From NCBI GenBank assembly GCA_030141605.1, contig JAQGDQ010000284.1:236136-300135 (forward strand): a stretch of 64,000 nucleotides of DNA, in the 5' to 3' direction. Positions within the stretch are counted from its first letter, which is position 1; the number at the start of each line of letters is the position of its first letter. Positions 49,736 to 64,000 of the stretch are shown here, in pieces. Source of the stretch: Tubiluchus corallicola (Eukaryota; Animalia; Priapulida). A model generated the notes under the pieces. The model ran no database searches and was not told where the DNA came from. It saw only the letters and a list, made by a program, of their open reading frames with translations. The translations under genes were made by a program, and so were the position numbers.

Positions 49736-50810
49736 GTTGTCATAGTGTGTAATATTTTTCGCCGATTTTTTCCTCTTAAATGTGTCCGCAATTTAAAAAA
49801 ATTATGTTTAGCATCTGGTTTTTTTAAATTAGTCGAAGCAGTGTGTGGTTTAGCTTTTGAGTTTGCCATTAATACATTTTGTCGACTGGCAAAAACACTT
49901 TTGAAAGATTTTACCATTAACTAGCCTTCAGGCTTGAATTGAATTGAATGAGGAAAATATTCGACGACTTGCCTAGAGATCGACGTAAGGATTGGTTATC
50001 AGCAATAATTCTTAGCAGCAATGAAGCTTGCAAATGCTTTTCCAAAGCATGGACATTTCTTCTCTGATACAAGAAACATCTTGCAAAATGGCTTAAAATC
50101 TAGAACCACAAAAGCGAGTGTTCTCGCCTCGATGCCTTATCAGTCAACCATTTTAATTTAAAATTCGTTTCACATTGTAGAAGCTTGCTCGGCGCTCAAT
50201 ATGGCCGCAGGGTCTGAAAGTGTGGCGCGCGTTAGCTTTTGTCCGGAAAGACAAGCAGCTACTCCTTCAGTGTGTGCTGAATGTCTGGAGCTACTTAGAA
50301 GGCCTTGCACATAGTAGACATGTTCCTGGTAGACTTTCAAATACTGGTCACACCCAGCTGTTACCTGTCCCAAGCTGTTACCTGCCCAAAACATCTGCAA
50401 CTTCTGTTGTTCATATCTCTGCGTCTTGCTTAGGTATCATCCGTATTTCTGTTTGTGTTCAAACAATGTACAAACAATGTGTACAAGGCTACCAACGTTC
50501 ATTACTTCATTTGTTAGTGAGACAGTTATAGTTCAGTTATATTATATATCACCCGTTCAATTCCTCCCAAGCCTTGGCCTTGCTTACAATACTGTCAATA
50601 CGATACAGGCCAAAGACATGAGATGTTCTCATATTGAATATACTTAACAGTTGGGAAAGAAAATCGCTGTTTTTGGCGATGCGATTTTGAAAGAAACTGT
50701 CTCAGCCTGTCCATGCGTGTCATCAATTATTTTTGACTGAAAATAACCCAGAGACCGAGTTATTTTTTTAAGTTTGAATAATTGGACTAAGTACCGTGCT
50801 GCAGTTTAAT

Positions 50811-51193
50811 TTAAAGCACAAGAAAACCCTCCGCTTACATGAAGCTTTAAAAGTTCGTCTTGAAATTTATACCACTTACGTACTGCCTATTTGTACACAG
50901 GGCTTGCGTTAGTAGTAACGCTGTATAAAACATGTAAATTTAAACTTCCGCAATGACCGTTAGATGCAGCCAATTTGACGACAGGTTATTTGGAACAAGT
51001 TTAGATAACATTTTGTAAACTTTGAAAAAATAATCAGAGCATTCCTAGAACACACGTCACTAACTAAGTAAAATTTTAAATTGCTGTATCTTGTCAATAA
51101 GATTAGAAATACGTTTTTTAGCGAAAGGTGCACTCTGGAGGGTGAGTCAACGACATTTTATCATTTGTGGAAAACATTTTAAATAATTAAAAA
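50811..51193. mobile_element. Second copy of the 39366-39760 repeat
   Basis: Colinear similarity, same orientation. Confidence 0.75.
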
Positions 51194-53679
51194 TTTTCTT
51201 TTCTTGTTACATAAGTCTTTCAAGCAGGTAAGCAAAGTGCTAGGTAATATATCTTTTATGGAACTTTTTGGGACATAGTTTAACATTTCCTTTTCTTCCC
51301 CTGATTTGACTTGTACGTAAGTGACGTCATTTAATAGCGCGGTCTGAACAGTATTGGAGGGATATTTAGAATGAAAACAAACAAAAAATCCTTTCAACTC
51401 GAGTACGATATAAGCATAAAATTGCTGTAATGTAAATTTTAAGGCGATTTTTGTGAAACCTACTTCAGGCATCCATTTTTTGTCTTTTAATGCATAAAAG
51501 ACGAAAACTCGCGAAAAGTGTTTGTGAACAAAACCTTGATCCAAATCGTATCTATATTACAAAGGTCCCACTATATTTGCTGGTCAGTAATAAAACTACA
51601 TGAAAGGATAGCGACACAGCAAAGAAGACAATTTGATTGAAAAATACGATGTCTCTGAGTCGCAATTATCATACTGTAAAAGTAAATGACTGAATTTCTG
51701 TATCAGCTTAGCAATTCGATTTGTTTTTGCAAGCATACCTAATACCAAGAATAAGGTCATTTGATGAACTTAATCAATCAGTCTGTTCTAAACAGGTGCC
51801 CAAAATCTCACAGGTGTTTGTCTGTAACGAACTCTGCAGAATGTACAGGCAATTTGAAGACACTATAATTGTAATGAGTATCATGTCCGGAGTGCACGGT
51901 CCATTTGACCATTTGTGGGAGCTGTTGCCGAAAATTTATTACTCAAGTAAACACGAAAACATGTGTTCAGAACGAAGGGATATGAAGGGATAGAAAGACG
52001 GACGATTTGCGAGAGTTGGACGGATGAAAGAATTCTGAACAACATTTAAGTGGAATACCGCCATTAGCTGCAAAAACCCTTTCTTAAGAAACAAGTACAG
52101 TCGTGGTATTGGTAAGACCTTTAATGAAAAACAACAACCATTTCCCCATCTTTTTAAATCGAAATGCAAAGTGGACACCAAAAAAAAAAACGTTTTTTTG
52201 AAGGTTGTCTGCAATTTTGCAGCATGAATGGAACACCCGTTTGAGTAGAGTTTAAATGATATGTAAACATTATCGAGGATTATTATTATAGTTCATAAAG
52301 TAAACATAAATTTAGTACACATATCGTACTTAAACATTTGTCGTATCAGCGTAGTAATCGGTAAACTATATTATACAAACAGCATGCTGTTAATTTATCT
52401 TCAAGAGCTACCGTGGGGGGGGGGGGTCTTCAGGGTACTTGAAAAAGTGCGCTATTCAAAGACATAAAGAGCAAAAAAATGGACAAAAAGTAATGTCGTC
52501 AAGTCATTAAAGTATTTAAAGAAATTGACCGTTGTCCATGCGATGATCACAGTTAATACCGAATAATCGGCTATGTTTATGACACCGACCTGTGTCAAAA
52601 GTAGCAAGGCGCGTGCAGATTGTGAAACTGCCATAAAGAAGATAAACCCAAGGGGAGAGCCAGGATATGCCTTCCCTAAAGAAGTAGGTGTGCTCTGAAT
52701 TTGTGAAACTAGGACGATTTAAAAAAATTGCCTCTTTCTAGAAATTTCATAAAACTCATCGAGACGGTGAACCACAACAGGCCGGTGGATACAGGGGGGG
52801 GGGTAATGGAGTTTTTGGAACAGCCCTATGCTAAGAGATACCAGGCGCGTGGCAACGCAGAGTAGAAGGATTAGAACTAAGAGCCTAGATAAAGATACAG
52901 TTGTTTATATTCCGTCTTCGAGTTTATTCACTGTTCCTGCTGTACTTGGGCTAATTCTCACCACACGGCACCCCCTCCTGTGTCCAAATACACATGCAGA
53001 AGAACCCAAGACGAGCTGCTTCCTCACACACCCTTCTTCAACTTCCTTCCCAGAGGTGACAGGTGCCACAGTTCGTTAATTCTTCACCGGGCGGTGCCGT
53101 TAAAAGTGTCTTCGCCTTCGTGTTATAAAACTTGCCGCCCTCGCAAGAACAACACAAGTTTCCGCTGAAGAACAAGAGAAAGGTAGAACGGAGTGTGCCC
53201 CCTCGTGTTTATTGTGAGTGCAAGACGGAAACAGTTGATGTTATTTCGAAGCCGCTTGATTATGCAGTATTGCACGCAATGGTGGCGTTTTCGTGTTTGC
53301 AGGGACGGCACTGACGACCCAGGATGTTTGGCAATCGCGACACGTTGCGTAATCTGAAGTTGCGCAGCGATTATCACATGCAAAAGATATTAAGGAGTAT
53401 GCACTTGAGCAATTTGCTTGGACATACGTTAGGAGGATTACGCAGAGATGTAAAACAGCAGCTAACATTTAGTAAGGACAGTTTGGTGTCTCAGTGGTGT
53501 CTGGCACTTGCTTGTACAAGCTTCTCGTAAGGGGAGCAAACGCTGTCTTGTTTTGACACAGTCATATCAACTTGCCGGTTTGTTCGCTTGAACACTTTAC
53601 ATCATTATCTTTCAAATAAATAAAGCTGCGTTTAGCATAACGACACTTATTTGTCTAGAATATAACTGTATAGAATGTA

Positions 53680-53778
53680 GAGGAATGGAATGAAATAGAA
53701 CAGAATAGGATAGAATAGAATAGCTGAATAGGAGTAGAGAATAGAATAGGAGAATAGAACAGAACAGAATTAGAATAA
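53680..53778. repeat. Degenerate (AATAG)n microsatellite
   Basis: Directly visible. Confidence 0.85.
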
Positions 53779-53829
53779 TTACTAGTAAACAGAAATGTAA
53801 CTTGGTACATAAAAACCTAATGTTAATTT

Positions 53830-54046
53830 AGAACTCATTTAAAGATTATGTTTTAAGATATATATTATAGCTCCTTACAACACTGTATAATGTGATATAC
53901 TTACAAGGGAACTACAATGTGTGGTTATTATAAAGTTGAATGTCGGTAGATATGTTACTTTACTAATATCGCATTACCTATTTTACTAACATCTTTATCT
54001 TTTTAAACTGTATATTTTTATACAAAATAAACTCATAATAATAATA
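53830..54046 (+). mobile_element. Second copy of the LINE-type 3' end at 4888-5104
   Basis: High similarity over ~215 bp including the (TAA)n tail. Confidence 0.75.
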
Positions 54047-54277
54047 GTTCCATTATGGTACAAATGGGGTAGCAGTTGCTGATGTACAGTAACACAACAA
54101 AAAGCTAAACAAATTAAACAACACAACACATGAAAATTCATTTATAGAGGCTTAAATTATAGCGTAATATAGTTTGTGCACAATGAGCAAAAGATAAACG
54201 TACGTTTTCCAAACACTTCTGAGCACTTTCCTAGGCAGTTTAGAAAAAAATCTGCTTAATCCCCAGTTAATCTTGGC

Positions 54278-54460
<183 letters not shown>

Positions 54461-55043
54461 TCACGTATTGGCACACCAGCTTTCACTTGGACATGTTTCA
54501 TGTTTTTGCTCTTAAGTAAAAATCACTGGGCAACAGTTTGCGGTGTGTAGTGTGTGTCTAGCGCAATTAGATCCACGTTGAATTACTAATGCGAAGTAAA
54601 CAAATAGCAATTAATACTGTTAATTGTGAAAACATGTATTACTGAATATTTATTGACTAACACAATCTACTAAGAAGTTGACACTTACTACACAAACGTT
54701 GACGTCTGGACAGGTATCACTAATTACTTCACAGTGTTATTGTATAGTGATGGAGCAATTTTGACTGCACAGTGCCACCTGCCGTTAAAATTGTTAACCA
54801 CGCTACCACCATATAAGGAAGAATGATTGTAAATGGTAACTTTTTACACGCTTTAAGCTAACTCATAAAGTAATATAGTAACTAATAAAGTGATTTTATC
54901 TTGTATAGTAAATGGTCTTATGTTGTGACCATAATGCTCTAGTGTTCTTTCTGACTCCATAAATATTCCAGTAGGTGTCACGTGTAGCGATATTTGTTTT
55001 GTGACATATTTATTTATTAGTGTCAAAAATACCTATAAAATAT

Positions 55044-55352
55044 ACATACAATTTCAATTTTGAAGTATACAAAAAACAAGACATACAATTTCAATTTTGA
55101 AATATACAAAAAAAAAACAAGACGTATACAATTTCAATTTTGAAGTATACAAAAAAACAAGACATATACAATTTCAATTTTGAAATATACAAAAAAAACA
55201 AGACGTATACAATTTCAATTTTGAAATATACAAAAAACAAGACATATACAATTTCAATTTTGAAATATACAAAAAAAAAACAAGACGTATACAATTTCAA
55301 TTTTGAAGTATACAAAAAAACAAGACATATATACAATTTCAATTATGAAATA
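55044..55352. repeat. Minisatellite, ~38-43 bp unit x7-8 (TACAATTTCAATTTTGAARTATACA(n)CAAGAC)
   Basis: Directly visible; explains ORFs 55091..55342 and 55140..55355. Confidence 0.95.
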
Positions 55353-55578
55353 TAATGACACTATACTTATACAAACAAAACAATTGTTAAGAAAACAAAT
55401 TTTGTTAATCTTCCTGTTAGTTATATTAGTTATTTAATGAAAAGTTTAATGATTAGTAATATTAATATAGGCACTATATTTGTAGTTCGTTTTGCAACTA
55501 TCATGATAAAATTAACGACAATGCATCTACAACTGCATGTACGTTGTCTGTGTATATGTTACGGTCTACGTTTTTGTG

Positions 55579-55650
55579 TATAGTATAGTATAGTATAGCA
55601 TAGCATAGCATAGCATAGCATAGCATAGCATAGCATAGTATAGTGTAGTA
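55579..55650. repeat. (TAGTA)/(TAGCA) pentanucleotide microsatellite
   Basis: Directly visible. Confidence 0.95.
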
Positions 55651-55812
55651 TGTAATTTTCTCACAAGCAATAGCGATTCTTATGATCGGGACATTAGACT
55701 TGTCATCCAAAAGTTTCTGGTTCAAATCCAGCCGCAGTTTCAACGATTTCGAAACAGTTTTTTTGCTTGTCTAGTTTGTCTCCAAACGTGTGAGTGCGAA
55801 TTTTTTTTGAAC

Positions 55813-55959
55813 ATTAATGATAACCATTAAATTGTGATTCCATTCAAAATTCTTTTTCAATCAATTTATTCCACAATATTATACGTATATATAATATTGC
55901 AGACTAAATTGACTGAAATAGAATTTTGTGTGAATTATTATTTAATGGTTATCATTAAT
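55813..55959. mobile_element. Small AT-rich palindromic MITE-like element
   Basis: Perfect 20-bp inverted termini ATTAATGATAACCATTAAAT / ATTTAATGGTTATCATTAAT plus inner CAAAATTCT / AGAATTTTG. Confidence 0.7.
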
Positions 55960-58900
55960 ACGACAAAGTTGTTTACAAATAGCATTATATATATATAATA
56001 TATACTTTTACGTCACAAAGCACACAAAATCAAGTGTTTCACACATAGAAAAAAAGTTGAAGCAAAACCAGATCCAATCTTAAACTGTAGGCCTAAACAA
56101 TCTACTCTTTAAAATGCTGAAAGGAAAAATACTATTTTTTCAAAAATGACTTGCGTGAAAGGATTATTGCGACGCAAACACGATTTCACGTTCACGCCAC
56201 TAGTTCTTCGCTCTTACACGCTTTTCGTCATTCGCTAATTAGACGGGCAATTTCGGAAACGCATTGCACAAAAACAGGTGCTGTACCTCTCAATTTACAC
56301 AAAGTTTTTAATCCATTATATTTTTTCAATACTGTGTTGTTTTATACGCGCTGAAGTCAAAACGCGTAGTATATAAACAAGTTCGAACAACAAGTGCTTG
56401 TGGTGTTTAAGCATTTCATGCCAGTCTGTAACAGTCGAGTTGCTTTTGCTACGAAGTTATCACCAGCCAAGGTTTTTGTCGGTGTGAACAACATCTCAAA
56501 ATTTCATTTATTTTACAACTTATTTTTCATTTATTGTGTTACTTCAAATCCCAGTAAGGCTATAGTACAAGAACCACGCTTTTTTTAGAAAACTCAGGGC
56601 ACTGCCATGTAAAAATGAAAAATAACTCAAGTTTCTCTCAATTCTATGTTAGGGAATGCTGTTGTTTTTCGTATTATAAGCCCCTACCAGACCGAATAAC
56701 GTACAGCTAGCAAAAGTAGTAATATATTTAACTATAATAGCACATTGCATTTATTTTATCTTTGTTGTTCTCGATGTGTCATTTTGGTAACGTCTTTTTG
56801 GACTATAGTTTTCCTGGTTACGTAATATTATAGTGTATTTGTCTCGAATTATGTCATTAAACTAACTATGACATTAGCAAATGTTACGCCAAAGTGACGT
56901 CACAAAATGGCTTCAAAAAAGAATTGCCAACTAGGTGTGGTTTTTTTTACTCAGACTCCAACCTAATTGTTCAACAGACATTGTGTTGTCAGTACTTGTC
57001 CTATGATAGCTATGAATCATTTTGCATGACATACAGCCCATGTTTTGTTAGTTTATCTTGGAAATTATTTTAACCACTAAGTCGCGTTTAAGACCGTGGT
57101 AGGCAAAAACAGATTTGTGAAATTTGTAACATATGGGTCCACTTAAAATGCACCACATTAATTATTGGTGTTAAAGCACGGTGATGTATTTCTATTTCAG
57201 GAAGCAGCTGTAGCAATTGCTTGTGGTGTGTAAAGAAAGTTGAGGTCGCGGGTACAACTGTTTGTAGTGTGTAATCCTGCCAGCAGCGTGCAGATTGCAT
57301 AGTTCCCTTTCGATAACCTGGTTGTTGAACAGAAATTTTTGTGTGTCTTGAAGTAGAAAAGTTATGTTGTATCTAAAAATTATTGCAGTACAATAATTTT
57401 GAGAGTAGGAACAACGACGATAGTTCAGAGAGTAAAATGCCATCATTACGATTATGATTATACAACTTGCGATTTTGCAGTGGGCCTATCAACAAGTTAA
57501 TTTACCAAAAAATCTTTACTGAAAATATTAAAGGAAGACAGGATGATTTTCTGTAAACTACCCCATTTTCTAGTCGGATAAAAAGTATATATTTTAACAC
57601 AATTAATACTGCAAAAACGTTTCTGATGGTTAAAAAATATATTAAAATTTTAATTAACGGCGGGCGAGCCCAACTGTCGTTGACATCACAAACTAACATA
57701 ATCTTCAACAGCAAAATATTCCACGAGCGTGTTGCACGTGTTTGTGAAAGTGAAACTTGAAGTACAGTGCGACTGTAAGATATCCAGTGTGTTCTACTAA
57801 AACTAGGCAAGTTTTAAGATAAAAATTCAAATTAAAATAATGGCCAAAATGACATACTGACTCCTTTGCAGATTTAGTTCCTATAAAACTATAAATCATA
57901 ATTTACAATTCATTGGACGAAAATACATTAACAAAATTATACGGTTATTAATTACAAAGTACCAGACGAAACAAATATAAGTGCAAGGTGGTACGTAGCA
58001 TATTAGTAAACAAGAAAAAACAAAAAAAAACAAACATTGACGTATGTCATAAACATAAATTCACACAAACATTCAACACACTAAAATCGATAACAAAGTT
58101 AACAATCCACATTTATAACTACAAAATTCTATGGCTTCCTTTATTTACAAAACATTTATTTATTAGGTTAGAAACAATTGTAAGTATTTCTAGATCTTTG
58201 CTCCCTGCCAAAAATAAACATTTGTTAACATTGTTCATATTAGTAAATTCGGGACATGTGCTTGAGATTTTAGTGAAGGCTATTGTTCATATTAGTAAAC
58301 TCGGGACATATGCTTGAGATTTTAGCGAAGGCTTATAAAACTGGCCAGGGAAATAACAGATTAGTCCCAGTGCTTTGTGACCAGAGATAAACAACATTTT
58401 TTCTGGGTAGTAAATGGATTGACGAGCAGGAAATCTCTTTTATCTATGCCCACGTTGTTCCTCTTGTTAAAGAGGTACCGAGTGTGGTTCGAATTACTCT
58501 GGTGATCAAAGCTCTTACCTTAGAAAGTAAATTAAGGAAAATTATAACGATTATAATAATTGCCATAAATACCTTAAACAACAGTCACGTGATCAAACCC
58601 ATTTTGGCTAAAGTATGTGAAGCATCTACCATGTGGAGTGCAACTCTAAGAATCGAATGAGCATCAAATCAACACCTAAAATTAAATCGAACTGAATTAA
58701 CTGGCATATAGGAAGTCAGATTTTTTATTACGATTGACAGCTAACGCCATAGAACTGATAATAGTAAAGACAGTATCTCAAAAATCCAGTGTTCGATGAA
58801 CAATTACTGTATTCATCTTTATCATACTGTAGAATATGAAATAGATATAGATAAAACATTTTGCAAGAAGGGTATCTCCGGCAAATAGTGTGGTAAATAA

Positions 58901-59879
58901 TCGACGTTATTCAACCAGAATGAATGAGTTTGTCGTAAATTTCTGTAGAACAGACGTGGCACGGCAATTCATTGCAAATGTTGGTCCAAGGCTTTGTAAT
59001 GACACAAATGATGAACTAAATTTATTCAGTTAATACAAACATTTAAAAAGAAATATAAAGCAATGATTTTCATTAAGTACCATACATCACAATCCTAGTA
59101 CAGATTATCCAAAAAAGACATCAGTGATTAATTTCTAGAGCTGATGTAAACATCGCACAGCCTACTATCTTTTTTCCTACTATTTCCACTAATACATCCT
59201 TCCTCCGGTCCTGAGCAATCTAACATATCTCCGTGCTTTTTTGGTTCATATGACAATAGGCTTACACAAGCTTTTGCTTCTCTAGCTAACTGCAGTCGAA
59301 TTATTCTTTTAAGGTCACGTAAGTGCAAGAGAAATAATATTACAGTAATTATAATAATATCATAATATTATAGAAATATTGATTGTTTGCCGCCATGTAT
59401 TGAATGTTATTATTGTATTGAATGTAACAGCAACAGCAAAGGCAACAGCCACAGTAACAGCAACAGCAACAACAACAACAACAACTGAATCGAAAAGCTG
59501 TAAAAAGTTATAAAAACTTAGTAGTTTCAACAATATCAGTTAATTAACACAAATTAACTTCAGTTTGAACTCTGCATGGACTTTTGGCTTACATCGTACA
59601 AGCTAAAATTTTCAGAAAACCAGACTTAAAAAACTCCACCTCTTTAGGTCGGTTTTCTAATAAAAGTCGAATGATGGTAAAGACATCATAATAACCTTTA
59701 TCAGTTTTTATCAATAAAAAAATCATGCTTCGTACATCGAATGAAGCTGCAACGTTTTCACAATGAAGCCCAGTTTTCGTCTCCTAACCTTTTCTACTAT
59801 TTCTCCCTAGTCCGGTTTCATACATTGTGCGTTCAGAGGAAAACGTGATGACCTTTACATTCTCAAAGATTATAATATT

Positions 59880-59921
59880 TATTCAGGAGCTTTTGCCCTA
59901 GCGGGCCTCGTCAGCTGAATA
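59880..59921 (-). ncRNA. Minimal type I hammerhead ribozyme motif, degenerate (GAAA reads AAAA)
   Basis: Minus strand: TATTCAG-CTGACGA-GGCCC GCTA GGGC-AAAA-GC-TC-CTGAATA. Perfect 7-bp stem I, intact CUGANGA, GCCC/GGGC stem II, UC cleavage site. Confidence 0.7.
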
Positions 59922-60548
59922 GAAAGTGCTGGTAACTTGAGACTGTTAATCACTGCTGGTACCCCCCCCTCAAGTTATCAGCACTTTGTATTCAGTTGCG
60001 TATTTCATTTAGAACTGGCAAGAAATTAAAAAATTCTCCTCAATCCAGTATTAATGACCATGCTTGTGTCTCTGGCCACAAAGCTGATTTTAATAATTTC
60101 AGTCAGAAGTGTGGCCAGAGCTACAAATAACTGGGACTTATTAATAAACGAAAGTTTATCTTTGTTCTCTAATAAGCCTTCTCTTAATGTACAAAGCAGT
60201 TCAATTCCTTCAATTTTATTTTCAAACACTTGGCTATTTGATACTCTATGTATCATCAATTTTTTGTCTTCTGATCTGCTTAATCAGTACCTATTTGACT
60301 TCTGTTAAATACATAATTAGTGCATAATTTAATGCATCAATTTTTTTTTCTACAGGTCTGCTTAATCATTACCTATTTGGCTTTTGTAAATACATAATTA
60401 GCGTTTAAGTTGTTATGTCAATTTCTTTACTGGTCTGTTTATTCATGATCTATTTGGCTTCTGTTAACTACTTAATTAGTGCATAATTATATACATGCAC
60501 TAATTATAGGCGCTGCCTATATAAACTGGTTGTGTGATTGTAAATTAA

Positions 60549-60587
60549 CCACTAATGATGAGAGCAGCAGCTAGTCGAAACGTTTGG
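60549..60587 (+). ncRNA. Second, more degenerate hammerhead-like motif
   Basis: CCA-CTAATGA-TGA-GAGCAGCAGCTAGTC-GAAA-CG-TT-TGG; palindromic AAACGTTT, core with G-to-A change, weak stems. Confidence 0.45.
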
Positions 60588-61420
60588 CATGATTTTAACT
60601 TCTTAATGTAAAAGTTTTTAATAAAGTTGTGTTGTTTTAACTATAAATATTATAATCTTTGAGACTATAAAGGATATTATATTTTTCTCTGTTAATAGTG
60701 ATAAGGCACTTTAGTATTGTGTGAGTTCATTCCATCTTCAACGCTGTTTTTTCTCAGCCAGCCACTTTGTTAGCAACCCGAACGCTACTTAACTACAGTA
60801 AAAACAAAAACTGTTTCACCACCTAGATGACTAGATTACGCTAGATCATCATGTAAGCACACAAATCGACGCTCCTCAGCATCCGATCCGAGAATCCGAA
60901 CGACGGACGAGCGGCAAAAAGTTCATCTCTTAACACTTTTGATGAAGGATTGTGTTGCGAGGGAAGAATTTTTTACTCTTCGCGTTTTTGCGGAAGAGAA
61001 GCCATTTTATACTGAATAAACAACAACCGGTAATTTAGACGGAGAACTTTTTGTTTTGTGCGTCGATCATGCGTAGCAGTTAGCGAACTAATGAGCTAAC
61101 CGGAAGTGACGAAACTTGCAGAAATTAGGGGGCTGTTTGAGGCCGGGAAAGAAGCTGATGAAAAGGGGGTTTTGGTTCTGTAGCCCTACTGACAATAAGC
61201 TTCATAAAGTTCATGTATCTTAGAGTGCTGCTTATGATACGATATGATGATATGATATGATATGATATAATGTATGAGAATCATAATATAATCATGACAG
61301 CTAATGACACTTTGGACATCATTCCTTTTAAAAGCTAAACACACATATTACAGATACGGTAAATATTTACGCTGTTTGCAATTTTAGCATCGAATGAAAG
61401 GGAGCTATTTGTGGCAGTGC

Positions 61421-61671
61421 CAGCAGCAGCAGCAGCAACAGCAAAAGCAGCAGCAGCAGCAGCAGTAATAGTAGTAATAGTAGTGGTAGCAGTAGTTGTA
61501 GTAGTAATAGGTAGAAGTAGCAGTAGCAACAGCAGCAGCAATAGTAGTAATAGTATTGGTAGCAGTAGCAGCAGCAGCAGTAGTAGTAGCACCAATAGCA
61601 GTAATAGTAGCTGTAGCAGTAGCAGCAGCAGCGGTAGTTGTAGCAGCAATAGCAGTAATAGTAGTGGCAGC

Positions 61672-61745
<74 letters not shown>

Positions 61746-61818
61746 CAGCAGTAGTAGAAGTAGTAGCTGTAGCAGTAGCAGTAGCAGTAGCAGCAGCCGT
61801 AGGAGGAGCAGCAACAGC

Positions 61819-61852
<34 letters not shown>

Positions 61853-61857
61853 GCAGC
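61421..61857. repeat. (AGC)/(AGT) compound trinucleotide repeat
   Basis: Directly visible. Confidence 0.97.
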
Positions 61858-62436
61858 TGTACTTTCTTAAGCACAATATATAGTTAAACAAATAGTAACT
61901 ATACTACATTTAATACAATTATTTTACCATTAAACCTGTTCATTATTTATCACGTCAATTTTACCTGCAAAATATATGGTTAATTCCTAGCCATAAATAT
62001 CACGTGTAAAGATCAATTCCACACGACACTAACACAGATCGTATCACAGTTACTTAAAATGCAATTAATGTGGTAAAATTGCAACACTTTCACACTAAAA
62101 AGACACTATGAATACATGTAAACGTCTTCCGGCCATACTTGCATGCATAACTACTACTTAGTGGAACTGGTGCTAGAAGCCAGCCACACAGCTGAGAATC
62201 CCCGCTCTGGAGTAAACTATTTTACTAGGTGGAGGGGTGCTCGTTGAGAGCTATAGCGAGGAAACGACAGCAGCTCGTAGTCGAAGTAAGTCTGTATTTT
62301 CTACGAAGGTAAAAATGAAAGTGTGCATTTTAGATGTAGGCAAAAAATCAAAAAATGTTATCCAGTTTCAAACTTTGATAAGTTGAAATCAATTTTTAAC
62401 CTCAGTAATGTTAATTCTAGTATTGACTGTAGATTA

Positions 62437-62695
<259 letters not shown>

Positions 62696-63374
62696 GTTAC
62701 AGGTACTGCTTAAACGCATGATGTCACGAAAATGGGCTCTACATCATAATGACGTCAGAAACTAGCACTGCAGTTCATGATCATGGTTTCGTGGCACCGT
62801 CTTCTATTTGTCGGCCACGCGCTTGTGACAAAAAGGTGCCGCTGCCAATCTTAGTAGAATCACTGAGCCGCGCGTAGCTTTGAAAGTTTAACAAAATTTG
62901 AGTGTCCGAGGTAATTATTATTTATTGTAAGCTTTGATCTAAAATAACCTATTGTAGTTTTCAATATTTAAGATTCTTTATTCTGAACTCGTGTTTACAC
63001 AATCATCCGGTTTTCCTTTAACGAGTTAAGCATCTAAATTATAAGCACGATTGCTCATTAATTCAGCTGAAGCTAATATACACGTCATCAGCTGCTGATG
63101 AGTTACGTAATCTTCCAGCTCTGTTACCCTAACTGATAAATGATTGTATGTTTTTGCTTGTAGGTACTGCAGCGTATGGGAAGCCCGAGGAGAAGCCAAG
63201 TCTTCGAGAGAGGTTCTTTGCAGTTAGACAGATGGTTGAGCGTTGGAACTCCATCACTCTTCCACCGCCGCGAATTCAGACAGATGGCAGTTTGCAGCCG
63301 ACAAAAATAATCAGCTACTTTTCCGCGAAACTGGTTCTCCACTTGGGCAGTTTGAGCGCGGGAATCTTCGTGGT

Positions 63375-64000
<626 letters not shown>

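Larger units (their letters stand above)
59880..60680. mobile_element. Probable Penelope-like retroelement remnant(s) (pLTR region)
   Basis: Two hammerhead-like motifs, a 30-bp inverted repeat, three internal repeats (60270-60490), and TATATAAA - HHR-like - AATAAA order at 60518-60625. No RT or GIY-YIG motif seen. Confidence 0.55.

Noticed and set aside
55044-55352. CRISPR-like array (also 187-372, 11785-12160, 30060-30335)
   Set aside because: Contiguous tandem units without unique spacers, no cas genes, eukaryotic context.
63095-63120. Other CTGATGA hammerhead candidates (3031, 8612, 12699, 16592 minus, 24582, 27714 minus, 61155, 63095)
   Set aside because: No convincing stem II plus GAAA plus closing stem I.

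Overview
AT-rich, repeat-laden eukaryotic (invertebrate bilaterian, probably spiralian judging by the 5S-like sequence and Delta type) genomic window. It holds one well-supported protein-coding gene, a Notch ligand Delta on the minus strand. I reconstructed it by hand as 9 coding exons (45435 to 32846, all GT-AG introns with matching phases, 2376 nt, 791 aa). The protein has a signal peptide, C2/MNNL and DSL domains, 9 EGF repeats, a TM helix, an NxxN cluster and a C-terminal ATEV PDZ ligand. Most of the rest is non-coding: microsatellites (source of most listed ORFs), minisatellites, tandem duplications, hAT-type and foldback MITEs, and CR1/L2-like and RTE-like LINE remnants. The most interesting non-genic elements are (i) a chimeric SINE with a 5S rRNA head, an RTE 5'UTR-like body and an RTE ORF-end/3'UTR tail (two partial copies), and (ii) a Penelope-like remnant near 59.9-60.7 kb with two degenerate minimal hammerhead ribozyme motifs and a 30-bp hairpin. 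All family assignments come from reading the sequence and recalled consensus features; no searches were run.
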